From: a bacterium
GTDB taxonomy: Bacteria; JACRDZ01; JAJRWM01
Direction of reading: 5' to 3'
Assembly: GCA_024276815.1 (NCBI GenBank)
Contig: JAJRWM010000093.1
Location: 1-47,346 of the forward strand
Length of the DNA stretch: 47,346 nucleotides
Shown here: piece by piece, positions 1 to 10,100 of the stretch
How the letters are laid out: each line of letters opens with the position of its first letter
Position numbering within the stretch: position 1 is the first letter of the stretch
Made by a program: the position numbers and the translations under genes
The notes under the pieces: generated by a model
What the model saw: only the letters and a program-made list of their open reading frames with translations
Told to the model about the DNA's origin: nothing
Databases searched by the model: none

Positions 1-673
1 AGACCTGCGAAGCGTTATGCCCCCAGGTCGCAGACCTGCAAAAGGCGATACATTTGCCGCAGACCCGTTTGCCGAAACGGTCTCTTACCCATTGCTGATA
101 CCGGTCGCACTCTGTCGCGTCAAATTTGGCTACCCCATTTTCATCTTCAAAAATAGCTTTAGCCGGACAATTTTCAAGACACAACCGGCATTTGCCGCAG
201 CGATTTTCCGTGGCCGGTTTATCGGCTATCAGTGGCGCGTCCGTTAACACACTAACCAGACGGACACAGGGACCCATTCCCGGAATAATAATCAGGTTGT
301 TTTTACCCCGGTATCCCAGTCCGGCGGTCAGGGCGGCTAACCGATGCGGGAAGATCCCGGTCAGTTTCCCTTTACCGGTCCTTTGCGAGGCTGGTATCGG
401 GTAACTGTTATAGCCTTTCATAGTCAAATCGTTGCTGATTTTAAGCGCTGCTTTATCCAGAAGTTCGTTAACAACACGGTATAAAGAAATATAGGTATGC
501 GAAGGGCCTTGTTTTAGCTCCCGGACAACGGCAGGCGGGAAGACCGCGGCCATTGAAACGACAAAGGAAAAAGGTTTTATTAACGAATTATCTTTGAGCC
601 GGGCAAAATTATGGTGAGCGAGGTCCGCCACTCCAAAAAAATTAAGGCCCTCATTGAGGGCCTTGGTCTTCAA
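1..673 (-). CDS. QueG-like (epoxyqueuosine-reductase / reductive-dehalogenase-like) 4Fe-4S protein; the 3' end runs off the window
   Basis: It is absent from the ORF track because it has no stop inside the window. My translation of the minus strand is open from 673 to 1. It reads ..LNFFGVADLA..LTAGLGYRGKNNLIIIPGMGPCVRL..CGKCRLCLENCPAKAI..CGKCIAFC. GLGxxGKN plus a CxxCxxCxxxCP ferredoxin motif is the family signature. I assigned the start to TTG 673..671; GTG at 631 is an alternative. Confidence 0.6.
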   Translation of the reverse strand, partial: MKTKALNEGLNFFGVADLAHHNFARLKDNSLIKPFSFVVSMAAVFPPAVVRELKQGPSHTYISLYRVVNELLDKAALKISNDLTMKGYNSYPIPASQRTGKGKLTGIFPHRLAALTAGLGYRGKNNLIIIPGMGPCVRLVSVLTDAPLIADKPATENRCGKCRLCLENCPAKAIFEDENGVAKFDATECDRYQQWVRDRFGKRVCGKCIAFCRSATWGHNASQV

Positions 674-692
674 CCGGCTGGTTAAAGTATTG

Positions 693-3095
693 TCAGGCAA
701 CAGCCGCCTCTTGTTCCGTTGTTTTTTTGGTTTTGGGCTGTTTCCAGGGTGATTCGGTTAAAGCGGCTTCGAGCACGTCTTCGATATTTTCCGCGAAGGT
801 AAAATTCATCTCCTGGCGAACGTTTTTCGGGATATCATCCATATTCCTCTTATTGGCCAACGGCATAATCACGGTCTTAATACCAAAACGATGAGCGGCC
901 AGAACTTTTTCTTTCAGTCCCCCGATAGCCAAAGCTTTACCTCTCAAGGTTATCTCGCCCGTCATAGCCACATCGCGGTGAGTTGGGATATTGGTAAGAG
1001 CCGAAACCAGCGCGGTAGCCAAGGTTACACCGGCGGAAGGTCCGTCTTTTGGAATGGCTCCTTCCGGCACATGGATATGGATATCTTTTTTGCGATAGAA
1101 ATCTTCATCAATTTTCAGTTCATCGGACTGGGACCTCACCCAGCTATAGGCCGCTTGAGCCGATTCCTGCATGACTTCGCCAAGTTTGCCGGTAAGCGTC
1201 AAGTTCCCCTTGCCCTTCATCAAGGCAACCTCGGTTTCCAGGATTTCGCCGCCAACTTCAGTCCAGGCCAGCCCGGTCGCCATACCGACATCGTTCTCCT
1301 CTTCTTTTTTTCGTTCCTGAAAGCGTTGCACGCCGAGGAATTTATGGACATTGCGAGCGGTAATTATCGTCCGCGCGGTTTTCTTGCCTTTGCCTTTTTC
1401 AACCACTTTTTTGGCTACTTTACGACAAACCGAAGCCAGTTCCCGTTCCAGGTTACGCACTCCGGCCTCGCGGGTATAACCTCTGATTATCTTTTGTATG
1501 CCGCTATCAGAAAAATGGATAAGATTATTGTTCAGACCATGGGCCTTAATTTGCTTACCAACCAGGAAAAATTTAGCGATGTTGACTTTTTCCATTTCGG
1601 TATAACCGGCCAGATTGACAACCTCCATGCGGTCTCTCAACGGCGGCGGGATCATGGGCAGAACATTGGCCGTGGTTATGAACATAACGTCGGTCAGATC
1701 AAAATCGACGTCCAGGTAATGATCGTTGAAGGTATTGTTTTGTTCGGGATCCAGTACCTCCAGCAGCGCCGAAGAAGGATCGCCCCGGAAATCAGCGCTC
1801 ATCTTGTCAACTTCGTCGAGCAAGAATACCGGGTTGCGGGATCCACCCTTCCTGATTGACTGGATAATCCGACCGGGCATGGCCCCGATATAGGTTCTGC
1901 GGTGGCCCCTGATTTCCGCTTCGTCCCTGACGCCGCCCAAAGAGATTCGGACAAACTTCCGTCCCATAGAGCGGGCGATTGAACGCGCCAAGGATGTTTT
2001 ACCAACGCCGGGCGGCCCCACGAAGCAGAGAATAGGCCCCTTCATATTTTTCTTTTTCACCAATTTCCGAACAGCCAGATATTCTAAAATACGTCCCTTG
2101 ATTTTCTCCAGTCCCCAGTGGTCTTCATTCAAAATTTTCAAAGCGACTTTAAGGTCGATCTTATCCCGGGTACGTTTACTCCAGGGAAGCGCGACCAGCC
2201 AGTCAAGGTAATTACGGACGACAGTAGCCTCAGCGGCCATGGGCTGCATCTTCTCCAGCCGTCCCAGTTCCTTCATCGCCTTCTCATGGGCTTCCTGGGG
2301 CATTTTGGCGTTTTTAATTTTCTCTTCCAGCTCCTTGATTTCCGAAGCTCGTTCGTCTTCCTGCCCCAACTCTTTCTGAATAGCTTTCAGTTGTTCATTC
2401 AGATAATATTCTCTCTGGGTTTTCTCCATCTGGTGACGAACATTGCCCCTGATACGTTTTTCCAGGGAAAGAATTTCGTTCTCGTTATTCAGGATGACGG
2501 CAATTTTATGAAGACGTTTTTCCGGGCTTAAGGCTTCCAGTATTTTTTGTTTTTCTTTAACTTTCAGGGAAAGGTTGGCCGCCACGATATCAGCCAAACG
2601 TCCCTGCTCGTCAACATTGCTCACGGAAATGATCGTCTCCTGAGGTATTTTCCGGTTCAACTTGACATATTCTTCAAACTGACCGATAACATTACGCATC
2701 AAAGCTTCGATTTCCGGGGTCTGTTCCTGGTTAACCTCTGACTCCTCGCCGATAACCTGAAAAAACTTGTCATTAGGCAGGTATTCCTTGATTCGTACCC
2801 GGGCAATCCCCTCAACCAGCACCTTGATCGCGCCATCGGGCAGTTTCAACAACTGAAGGATTTCGGCGATGGTGCCTATGTTGTAGATATCTTTTTCCTC
2901 TGGCACGTCTGTCGAGGCTTTTTTCTGGGTCGCCAGCAGGATAGTACGTTCGCTCAGCATAGCTTCTTCCAAAGCGTTAACGGACTTTTCCCGGCCGACA
3001 AAGAGGGGAACAATCATATAAGGAAAGACCACAATATCACGCAACGGCAACAGTGGATATTTTAAAACAATATTTTCTTCTGTTTTCTTAAGCAT
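693..3095 (-). CDS. lon: ATP-dependent Lon protease
   Basis: The ORF is ~800 aa. It has a LON N-domain, Walker [16 protein letters not shown], Walker [10 protein letters not shown], and the protease Ser motif DGPSAGVT with Lys in [12 protein letters not shown]. The ATG at 3095 follows GGGGGA; the track start at 3107 is a TTG. Confidence 0.95.
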   Translation of the reverse strand: MLKKTEENIVLKYPLLPLRDIVVFPYMIVPLFVGREKSVNALEEAMLSERTILLATQKKASTDVPEEKDIYNIGTIAEILQLLKLPDGAIKVLVEGIARVRIKEYLPNDKFFQVIGEESEVNQEQTPEIEALMRNVIGQFEEYVKLNRKIPQETIISVSNVDEQGRLADIVAANLSLKVKEKQKILEALSPEKRLHKIAVILNNENEILSLEKRIRGNVRHQMEKTQREYYLNEQLKAIQKELGQEDERASEIKELEEKIKNAKMPQEAHEKAMKELGRLEKMQPMAAEATVVRNYLDWLVALPWSKRTRDKIDLKVALKILNEDHWGLEKIKGRILEYLAVRKLVKKKNMKGPILCFVGPPGVGKTSLARSIARSMGRKFVRISLGGVRDEAEIRGHRRTYIGAMPGRIIQSIRKGGSRNPVFLLDEVDKMSADFRGDPSSALLEVLDPEQNNTFNDHYLDVDFDLTDVMFITTANVLPMIPPPLRDRMEVVNLAGYTEMEKVNIAKFFLVGKQIKAHGLNNNLIHFSDSGIQKIIRGYTREAGVRNLERELASVCRKVAKKVVEKGKGKKTARTIITARNVHKFLGVQRFQERKKEEENDVGMATGLAWTEVGGEILETEVALMKGKGNLTLTGKLGEVMQESAQAAYSWVRSQSDELKIDEDFYRKKDIHIHVPEGAIPKDGPSAGVTLATALVSALTNIPTHRDVAMTGEITLRGKALAIGGLKEKVLAAHRFGIKTVIMPLANKRNMDDIPKNVRQEMNFTFAENIEDVLEAALTESPWKQPKTKKTTEQEAAVA

Positions 3096-3112
3096 GTTTT
3101 CCCCCAAATATT

Positions 3113-4366
3113 TTAAGCTGATTCAACCTGTTTATCATTTTTTAAAATCAAGATGGGGCTGGTATGTTTTTTAGCGACTTCCTCGGTTATTATACACTCC
3201 ATGATATCGACTTTAGAAGGAATTTCATACATTACATCAAGCATAATATCCTCAATTATCGCCCGCAATCCCCGGGCGCCGGTTTCCCGGGCTATGGATT
3301 CTTTGGCAATAGCCTTTAACGCGCCGGGAGTAAACTTCAACTCAATTTCTTCCATCTCAAAAAACTTCTGGTACTGCTTCACCAGCGCGTTTTTCGGTTT
3401 CTCCAGGATCTCGATCAGCGCCTTCTCATCCAGCCTGTGCAATCCCGCGATAACTGGCAACCGACCGACAAATTCGGGAATCATCCCGTATTTCAGGAGG
3501 TCTCCGGGTTGCCCTTGGGAAAACAGGTCGCCAACATCCTTATTATCTTTACCTTTGATATTAGCTTCGAATCCGAGTTGCTTCTTGCCCAATCTTTTTT
3601 CAATTATTTTTTCCAGGCCATAGAAAGCGCCGCCGCAAATAAACAAGACATTAGTCGTATCAACCTGGATAAATTCCTGATGCGGATGTTTACGACCGCC
3701 CTGGGGCGGCACGCTGGTAATGGTGCCTTCCAGGATTTTCAGCAAGGCTTGCTGTACGCCTTCACCCGAAACATCTCTGGTAATGGAGAGATTCTCGCTT
3801 TTGCGGGCTATTTTATCAATTTCATCGATATAAACGATGCCGAACTGGGCTTTTTCCACGTCATAATTAGCGTTTTGCAACAATTTAAGGATGATGTTTT
3901 CCACATCCTCGCCGACATAGCCGGCCTCGGTCAGGGTCGTGGCGTCAACGATCGCGAACGGAACTTTCAGTATCCGGGCAATAGTCTGGGCCATCAAGGT
4001 TTTGCCGCTGCCGGTGGGACCGATTAACAGCAGGTTGCTTTTTTGCAATTCAACATCTTCAAAATTGTGATTATAGCTGATACGTTTATAATGGTTATGA
4101 ACCGCGACCGCCATAATTCTTTTAGCCCGTTCCTGGCCAATGATATATTGATCGAGGACCTCTTTTATTTCCTGCGGAGTGGGAACGACCTCTTTTTCCT
4201 GGCTTTTTTCCTCTTCCTGTTAGCGATGGAGGATATCGCTGCACAATTCGATACACTCATCACAGATAAAAACGGTGGGACCGGCGACCAGTTTCTTCAC
4301 TTCCTCCTGGCTTTTACCGCAAAACGAACACCCCAGGATCTCTTCATCATTACCAAATTTAAACAT
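3113..4366 (-). pseudogene. clpX: ClpX AAA+ unfoldase interrupted by one in-frame TAA (4222..4220) between the zinc-binding domain and the AAA+ module
   Basis: ATG 4366 follows AGGAG. Translation gives [90 protein letters not shown]. The sequence continues in the same frame into the track ORF 3113..4114, which has [22 protein letters not shown] and GYVGEDVE. Confidence 0.9.
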
Positions 4367-4381
4367 CACAACTCCTAAAAA

Positions 4382-4966
4382 CTATTTCCGATGCTCAATA
4401 ACCTCATCGAGAATACCATATTCCGCCGCCTGTTCAGCGGTCATAAAAAAGTCGCGGTCGGTATCTTTCTGGATTTTTTCAATCGGTTGCTTGGTATGTT
4501 TCTGGAGAATCTCGTTCAACCGCTCCCGCATACGCAGGATTTCCCGCGCCTGGATATCGATATCGGTCGCCTGCCCCTGAACGCCTCCCAGCGGTTGATG
4601 GATCATGATTCGCGAGTGTGGCAGGGCGAATCGTTTACCTTCGCACCCCGCGGTTAAAAGTAAAGCTCCCATACTGGCGGCTTGTCCCATGGAAAACGTC
4701 TGGACATCGGGCTTAATATATTGGATAGTGTCGTAAATCGCCAACCCGGCGGTCACAACTCCACCCGGACTATTGATATAAAGATAAATATCCCGTTCCG
4801 GGTCTTCAGCCTCCAGGAATAAACATTGAGCGATAATGACATTGGCGACCATGTCATCGATGGCGGTACCGATAAAAATTATCGGGTCTTTTAACAGTCG
4901 GGAATAGATATCATAAGCTCTCTCCCCGCGATTGGTCTGCTCGACGACCATTGGAATAAGTCCCAT
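4382..4966 (-). CDS. clpP: ATP-dependent Clp protease proteolytic subunit
   Basis: The Ser-His-Asp triad contexts are present: [20 protein letters not shown] and DTDRDFFM. The likely start is [11 protein letters not shown] at 4966, preceded by GGGAGA. The longer track ORF overlaps the end of tig. Confidence 0.95.
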   Translation of the reverse strand: MGLIPMVVEQTNRGERAYDIYSRLLKDPIIFIGTAIDDMVANVIIAQCLFLEAEDPERDIYLYINSPGGVVTAGLAIYDTIQYIKPDVQTFSMGQAASMGALLLTAGCEGKRFALPHSRIMIHQPLGGVQGQATDIDIQAREILRMRERLNEILQKHTKQPIEKIQKDTDRDFFMTAEQAAEYGILDEVIEHRK

Positions 4967-4967
4967 A

Positions 4968-6296
4968 TTATTTTTCTCCCGCTGTTTCAGCCGGCTCTTG
5001 AGGCTCGACTTCAGTAATTTCGACATGCTCAAAGACAAAATTAAGCGCTTTTTCCTCGCTGATTTCAGACGCTATCGAGTCCAGATAGCCTTTTTCCTCC
5101 AGGGTAGGCAAGATATCAGCCACCTTTTTACCCAGACTCATAGCGAATTCAGCGATTCTCCCATTCATCTCCTCCTCGGACGGATACAATCTTTCCTTGT
5201 TTGCTATTTTAGATAGCACAATCATCGCCCGGGCTTCTCTTTCAGCCATTTTTCTGTACTTTTCCCGTTCTTCCTTACTATCACCAACCCCAGGATTCCT
5301 GTTTTGTTGCATATAAGCTTCCCGCCGGGTAAAGCGATCAATTTGTTCTTCCACCAGCAACTTCGGTATTTCAAATCCGCTGTTCAGGTCAACCAGTCTT
5401 TCTTTCACCAAATGCTTGTTTCTATTAACTTCCAATGATTCTTTATAATCTTTTATATCATCGCTTATTTTTTGCTTCAATTCCGCTAAAGTCTCGAAGT
5501 CGCCAAAATCCTTGGCGAACTCGTCGTCGATCGGTAACAATTTTTCAATTTTAATTTCTTTGACGGTCACGTCGAACCAGGCTTCTCTACCGGCCAGGGC
5601 ATCCTGCCGATATTCTTCGGGAAAGGTAATTTCCAGTTCTTTAGTCTCGCCCTTTTTCATACCGATCAAGCCTTCCTCGAAACCGGGCACAAAAGTATTG
5701 GAGCCGATATGCAGAACATAGGCCTCGCCGTACATTCTCTCTTCCATCTTGCTTTTTTGCGGTTCCGGCAGATCAACCCTTCCCTTGAAATCGATGATCA
5801 CGTGATCGTCTTTTCGCACCGGCCGGTCTTCGGCAATGGTACAGTATTCGGTATTTCTCTTTTGCAGTTACAGGAGTTGGCTTTCAACCTCTTGTTCGCT
5901 TACGACAGTTTTACTCTTTTCCAGTTCCAGGTTTTTATATTCGGCCAGTTCAAATTCCGGAATGATATCCAGGTCAATAGTAAAGCTAAAGGATTCATCC
6001 AGGTTAAAGCTGGGTTCTTTCAGCCGGGGCTGACCAATGATATGCAGCTTGGTTTCCCGGAAGAACTGACTGACGTTTTCCCAGATCAGGTCATCCTTGA
6101 GTTTTTCCTCGATTGCGTCATGAAAGTGTTTTTCAATTATCTTGGCGGGTATTTTGCCCGGCCTGAATCCTGGTAATTGGGCATGTTCTTTGACTTCGTG
6201 GAATATTTTATTTCTTTTCTGCCGAACCACGCCCGGTTCAACGGTAACAGCGACAGAGTATTGGGTTGGTTGCACTTCATTAATCTCGAATGGCAA
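4968..6296 (-). pseudogene. tig: Trigger factor (ribosome-associated PPIase chaperone) interrupted by one in-frame TAA (5870..5868)
   Basis: TTG 6296 lies 9 nt after AAGGAG. The N-terminal fragment has PGFRPGKIPAKIIEKHF. It reads ..EQEVESQLL*LQKRNTEYCTIAEDRPVRKDDHVIIDFKGR in one frame into the FKBP-type and C-terminal domains (track ORFs 5868..6356 and 4968..5819). Confidence 0.9.
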
Positions 6297-6314
6297 ATCG
6301 GTATTCTCCTTAGT

Positions 6315-6399
6315 TGGTGCGAGAGGTGGGACTTGAACCCACACGGAGTTACCCACCAGATCCTAAGTCTGGCGTGTCTGCCAATTCCACCACTCTCGC
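6315..6399 (-). tRNA. tRNA-Leu (anticodon TAG), class II with a long variable arm, CCA encoded
   Basis: The reverse complement folds as GCGAGAG/CTCTCGC acceptor, 3-bp D stem, anticodon arm CCAGA-CTTAGGA-TCTGG, 13-nt variable arm, and T arm GTGGG-TTCAAGT-CCCAC. Confidence 0.9.
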
Positions 6400-6411
6400 T
6401 GATATATTTTT

Positions 6412-6487
<76 letters not shown>

Positions 6488-6493
6488 AACTCA

Positions 6494-6523
6494 CAAAAAA
6501 AGAAAAGGGAGAACATCTCCCTT
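6494..6523 (-). terminator. Intrinsic-terminator-like hairpin plus U-run between tRNA-Gly and tRNA-Lys
   Basis: The minus strand reads AAGGGAGA-tgt-TCTCCCTT followed by TTCTTTTTTT. It ends only ~7 nt before tRNA-Lys. Confidence 0.5.
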
Positions 6524-6570
6524 TATCAGCTCAATCTATCTTAAAAACTACCAATCATGATGTTAAAAAA

Positions 6571-6646
6571 TGGAGCGGGAAACGAGACTTGAACTCGCGA
6601 CATCTACCTTGGCAAGGTAGCGCTCTACCAACTGAGCTATTCCCGC
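6571..6646 (-). tRNA. tRNA-Gly (anticodon GCC), discriminator U73, CCA encoded
   Basis: The cloverleaf is GCGGGAA/TTCCCGC acceptor, GCTC-AGTTGGTA-GAGC, CTACC-TTGCCAA-GGTAG, and GCGAG-TTCAAGT-CTCGT. Confidence 0.92.
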
Positions 6647-6657
6647 TCATAGAAAAA

Positions 6658-6734
6658 TGGTACGCCCGGTAGGGCTCGAACCTACAACCTACGGATTCGA
6701 AGTCCGCCACTCTATCCAGTTGAGCTACGGGCGC
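6658..6734 (-). tRNA. tRNA-Arg (anticodon TCG), CCA encoded
   Basis: The cloverleaf is GCGCCCG/CGGGCGT acceptor, GCGGA-CTTCGAA-TCCGT anticodon arm, and GTAGG-TTCGAGC-CCTAC T arm. Confidence 0.9.
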
Positions 6735-6743
6735 AAAAAACTC

Positions 6744-6820
6744 TGGGGTGAGTGATGGGGCTTGAACCCACGGCCACTGGAACCACAATCCAGTGCTCTA
6801 CCAACTGAGCTACACTCACC
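6744..6820 (-). tRNA. tRNA-His (anticodon GTG) with encoded G-1:C73, CCA encoded
   Basis: The gene is 77 nt. An extra 5' G pairs with C73. The acceptor is GTGAGTG/CACTCAC and the anticodon arm is CTGGA-TTGTGGT-TCCAG. Confidence 0.9.
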
Positions 6821-6891
6821 ATTCTACCATAAAGAATGAATTTTTTCTACTCAATAGTGGCGAAACTATTGCCCTGATTTAAGTGAGATGT

Positions 6892-6921
6892 ATTATAATC
6901 GCTTAGTCAGAATTTTGTCAA
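6892..6921 (-). promoter_or_regulatory. Near-consensus sigma-70 promoter for the tRNA cluster
   Basis: The minus strand reads TTGACA-N18-TATAAT, about 65 nt upstream of tRNA-His. Confidence 0.6.
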
Positions 6922-6940
6922 GATTAATTTTAATTTCGTC

Positions 6941-7062
6941 GTAAGACGTCAGTCTTCCGGGGAAAAGACCTTATTTGTCATTCCCGTGCCAACGGGAATC
7001 CACTGGATTCCTGCATACGCTGGCATGACATTACTGGTTCCCCCACTTCACTGACGGGTTAC
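6941..7062. mobile_element. 122-bp MITE-like element, copy A
   Basis: Its reverse complement matches 45388..45509 with 3 mismatches in 122. The terminal inverted repeats are GTAAGACGTCAGT / GTAACCCGTCAGT. The flanking 8-mers are ATTTCGTC and ATTTCCGC (6/8 identical). There is an internal hairpin ATTCCCGT-gcca-ACGGGAAT. Confidence 0.75.
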
Positions 7063-7093
7063 ATTTCCGCATTTTCCTCATTCAAATTATCAC

Positions 7094-7146
7094 GAAAAAA
7101 CAACACCAAACAGGCTTCGGCGCCCTCCCACCGAATCGGCGAAGCC
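7094..7146 (-). terminator. Possible terminator after the Kelch-protein operon
   Basis: The minus strand has a GGCTTCG..CGAAGCC hairpin (7 + 2 bp) followed by U-rich TGTTTGGTGTTGTTTTTT. The long loop and interrupted U-tract lower my confidence. Confidence 0.35.
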
Positions 7147-7171
7147 ACCTAAGCAGGACATAAATCCGCTG

Positions 7172-10100
7172 TCAGGGTTGGTACACTTCCGTGCTGGCCC
7201 ACTGATTAACACCATTGGAAGTACCGCCGGTTACCAGGACAGAGCCGTCGCTGAGCGTGACAGAACTGTGAAGTTCGCGGCCGCCGTCGGTAAGAGAAGG
7301 CGCCGCTGTCCAACTGTCTGTACCCGGGTCATATATTTCACAACTGCTCAGATAATTATCGGTGGTGCCATAATAATACCCGCCCGCGACCAGCACCCGG
7401 CCGTCATTGAGCCGATTGCTCGTCAGCGCGTAGCGGGGAGTAATTAAACTGCCGGTAGTGAGGGTCCATAACCCTGTGCCCGGATCGTAAAGCTCGGAAC
7501 TGGATAAATAGCTGGAGGTGGCGCTGTCATACCCACCGGCGACCAGCACCTTGCCGTTATCCAGCAAGACGGCGGCATGACCATATCTCGCCTGATTCAG
7601 AGAGCCGGTGGAACTCCAGGAATTGGTATCCGGGTCGTAAACTTCGCAACCGCTCAGAGAACCGGACACCCCCTGGCCGCCCACGACCAGGACACGACCG
7701 TCACCAAGCCTGGTCGCCGTATGATAAAAGCGGGCGTCACTAAGAAGAGGAGTGCTGCTCCAGGTTCCCAGGGCCGGGTCGTAAACTTCGCAACTATTCA
7801 GAATGCTGCCCGAAGTGTCATTGTACCCGCCCACGACCAGCACCTTGCCGCTATCAAGCTTGGTCGCCGTATGGACATCTCTTCCCGTAGCCACACTGCC
7901 GGTGGCGCTCCAGGAATCAGCCGCCGGATCATAAAGTTCGCAACTAGCCAGAGACAGTGAATTAATTATATCGTAGCCGCCCACAACCAGCACTTGGCCA
8001 TCATTGAGCAAAGTCGCCGTAGGGTATCTCCTGATGTCATTCATAGACGCGGCGGAACTCCAGGTTCCCAGGGCCGGGTCGTAAAGTTCACAACCAGCCA
8101 GGGTCAAATAACCGGAGCCGGTATAATAGAGTCCACCGACAACCAGCGCCTTACCGTCATCAAGCGTGACCAGGCCGAAATCGGTGCGGTTCTGGCTCAT
8201 CGCCCCCTTGTAGCCCCAGGTATCCACTCCCGAGGTCGTGAAGGAATAGCTGTCAGCGGTCATCGTGTTTGGCGTTGACGTTTGGTCGGAAGCGGTAACG
8301 CCGACGCTGACGGCGCTTCCGGAACCAAAGAGAGAGGAGTTCTGGACAGTGACATAAAATCCGCCGAGACTGTCGGGCACAATGGCTCCTGAGTAGCCAC
8401 TCTGGAAGACGCCGTTAAGAATAGCGTTACCGCCGTTCACGGTTACGGTGAGCGAATTGCGAGCCACGCCATAAAAACCTTGACCGCTGGTTAACGGATC
8501 GCTTATTTCAAAATAAATCTCGCTGTCAGTGGCTATGCCCACGTCGCCATTGCCCGGTTCCCGATAAGTAACCTGGGGCGCCGTGGAATCGGCGGGAATA
8601 GTGTAAGAGTAAAGCTCACAACCTGATAAATAACTGACGGAGTTATAACCGCCGGCGGCCAGGATCGTGCCGTCGGTAAGCAGGGTCGCTGTATGGTCAG
8701 ATCTTGCAGTACTCAGGCTGCCGGTAGCACTCCAAAGCCCGGTAGCCGGATCATAAAGCTCACAACCGGATAAATAACCGCCACCACCGTAACCACCAGA
8801 GACTAAAACCGTGCCATCGGTAAGCAGCGTCGCGGTATGGCCCACTCTGCTAGCACTCAGGCTGCCGGTAGCGCTCCAGAGACCGGTAGCCGGATCATAA
8901 AGCTCACAACCGGATGAAGAATCGCCGCTGCTGTTGTAACCACCAGTGACTAAAACCGTGCCATCGGTAAGCAGCGTCGCGGTATGGTACCGTCTTACAG
9001 CACTCATGCTGCCGGTAGCGCTCCACAAACCCGTAGCCGGATCATAAAGCTCACAACCGGATAAATTACCGCTGCTGTTGTAACCACCAGTGACTAAAAC
9101 CGTGCCATCGGTAAGCAGCGTCGCGGTATGGATATATCTGACAGTACTCAGGCTGCCGGCAGCGCTCCAAAGCCCGGTAGCCGGATCATAAAGCTCACAA
9201 CCGGATAAATAACCGCCGCTGTTGTAACCACCAGTGACTAAAACCGTGCCGTCGGTAAGCAGCGTCGCGGTATGGTAATACCTGCCGGTACTCATACTGC
9301 CGGCAGCGCTCCAAAGCCCGGTAGCCGGATCATAAAGCTCACAACCGGATAAATACACCCAACCCAGAGTACCATCATAATACCCACCGCCAGCGACTAA
9401 AACCGTGCCGTCGGTAAGCAGCGTCGCGGTATGGCCCACTCTGCTAGCACTCAGGCTGCCGGTAGCGCTCCAAAGCCCGGTAGCCGGATCATAAAGCTCA
9501 CAACCGGATAAATACACCCAACCCAGAGTATCATCATAATACCCACCGCCAGCGACTAAAACCGTGCCATCGGTAAGCAGCGTCGCGGTATGTGCATATC
9601 TGCCAATACTCATGCTGCTAGTAGCGCTCCAAGCCTCGGCAACGCAGGTAAAGGAATAACTCACCGTGCTCATGGCGTTACCCGCCACATCCTTGGCGTC
9701 GATACTGACATTTACCACCTGACCGGAGGTGAAATCCGCGTCAGGGTTTATGGTGACGTCAAAACCACCCGTACCATCCGAGGCCAGCGTTCCACCAAAT
9801 CCACTCTGCGGAACGCCGTTAACAACTACCGGCGTACTGTCAAAATAGATGCTGATCGTACCCGAATCGACCCCTGAACCGCCGAGATTGTCATCAATTT
9901 CAAAATAAACGTTGGCGTTCACGGCGACGTTGGTTGCGCCGCTGGCCGGAGACCGGGCGCTGACAGTCGGGGCCGTGGAATCGCCGCCGGCCGCCGGAGT
10001 GGCGTTTACTTCACTCGAAGCCGCGCTCTCGCCAAAACTACCTGTCGCCGTAACGATGTAATAATAGGTCGTGCCATTGGTCAGGCCGCTATGATTATAA

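Noticed and set aside
891-1859. A 322-aa ORF on the plus strand inside lon.
   Set aside because: It is antisense to an unambiguous Lon protease. Its composition is low-complexity (F, R, G and Q rich) with no recognisable motif, so it is a shadow ORF. The same applies to 2118..2531, 3153..3623, 3437..4027 and 4043..4378.
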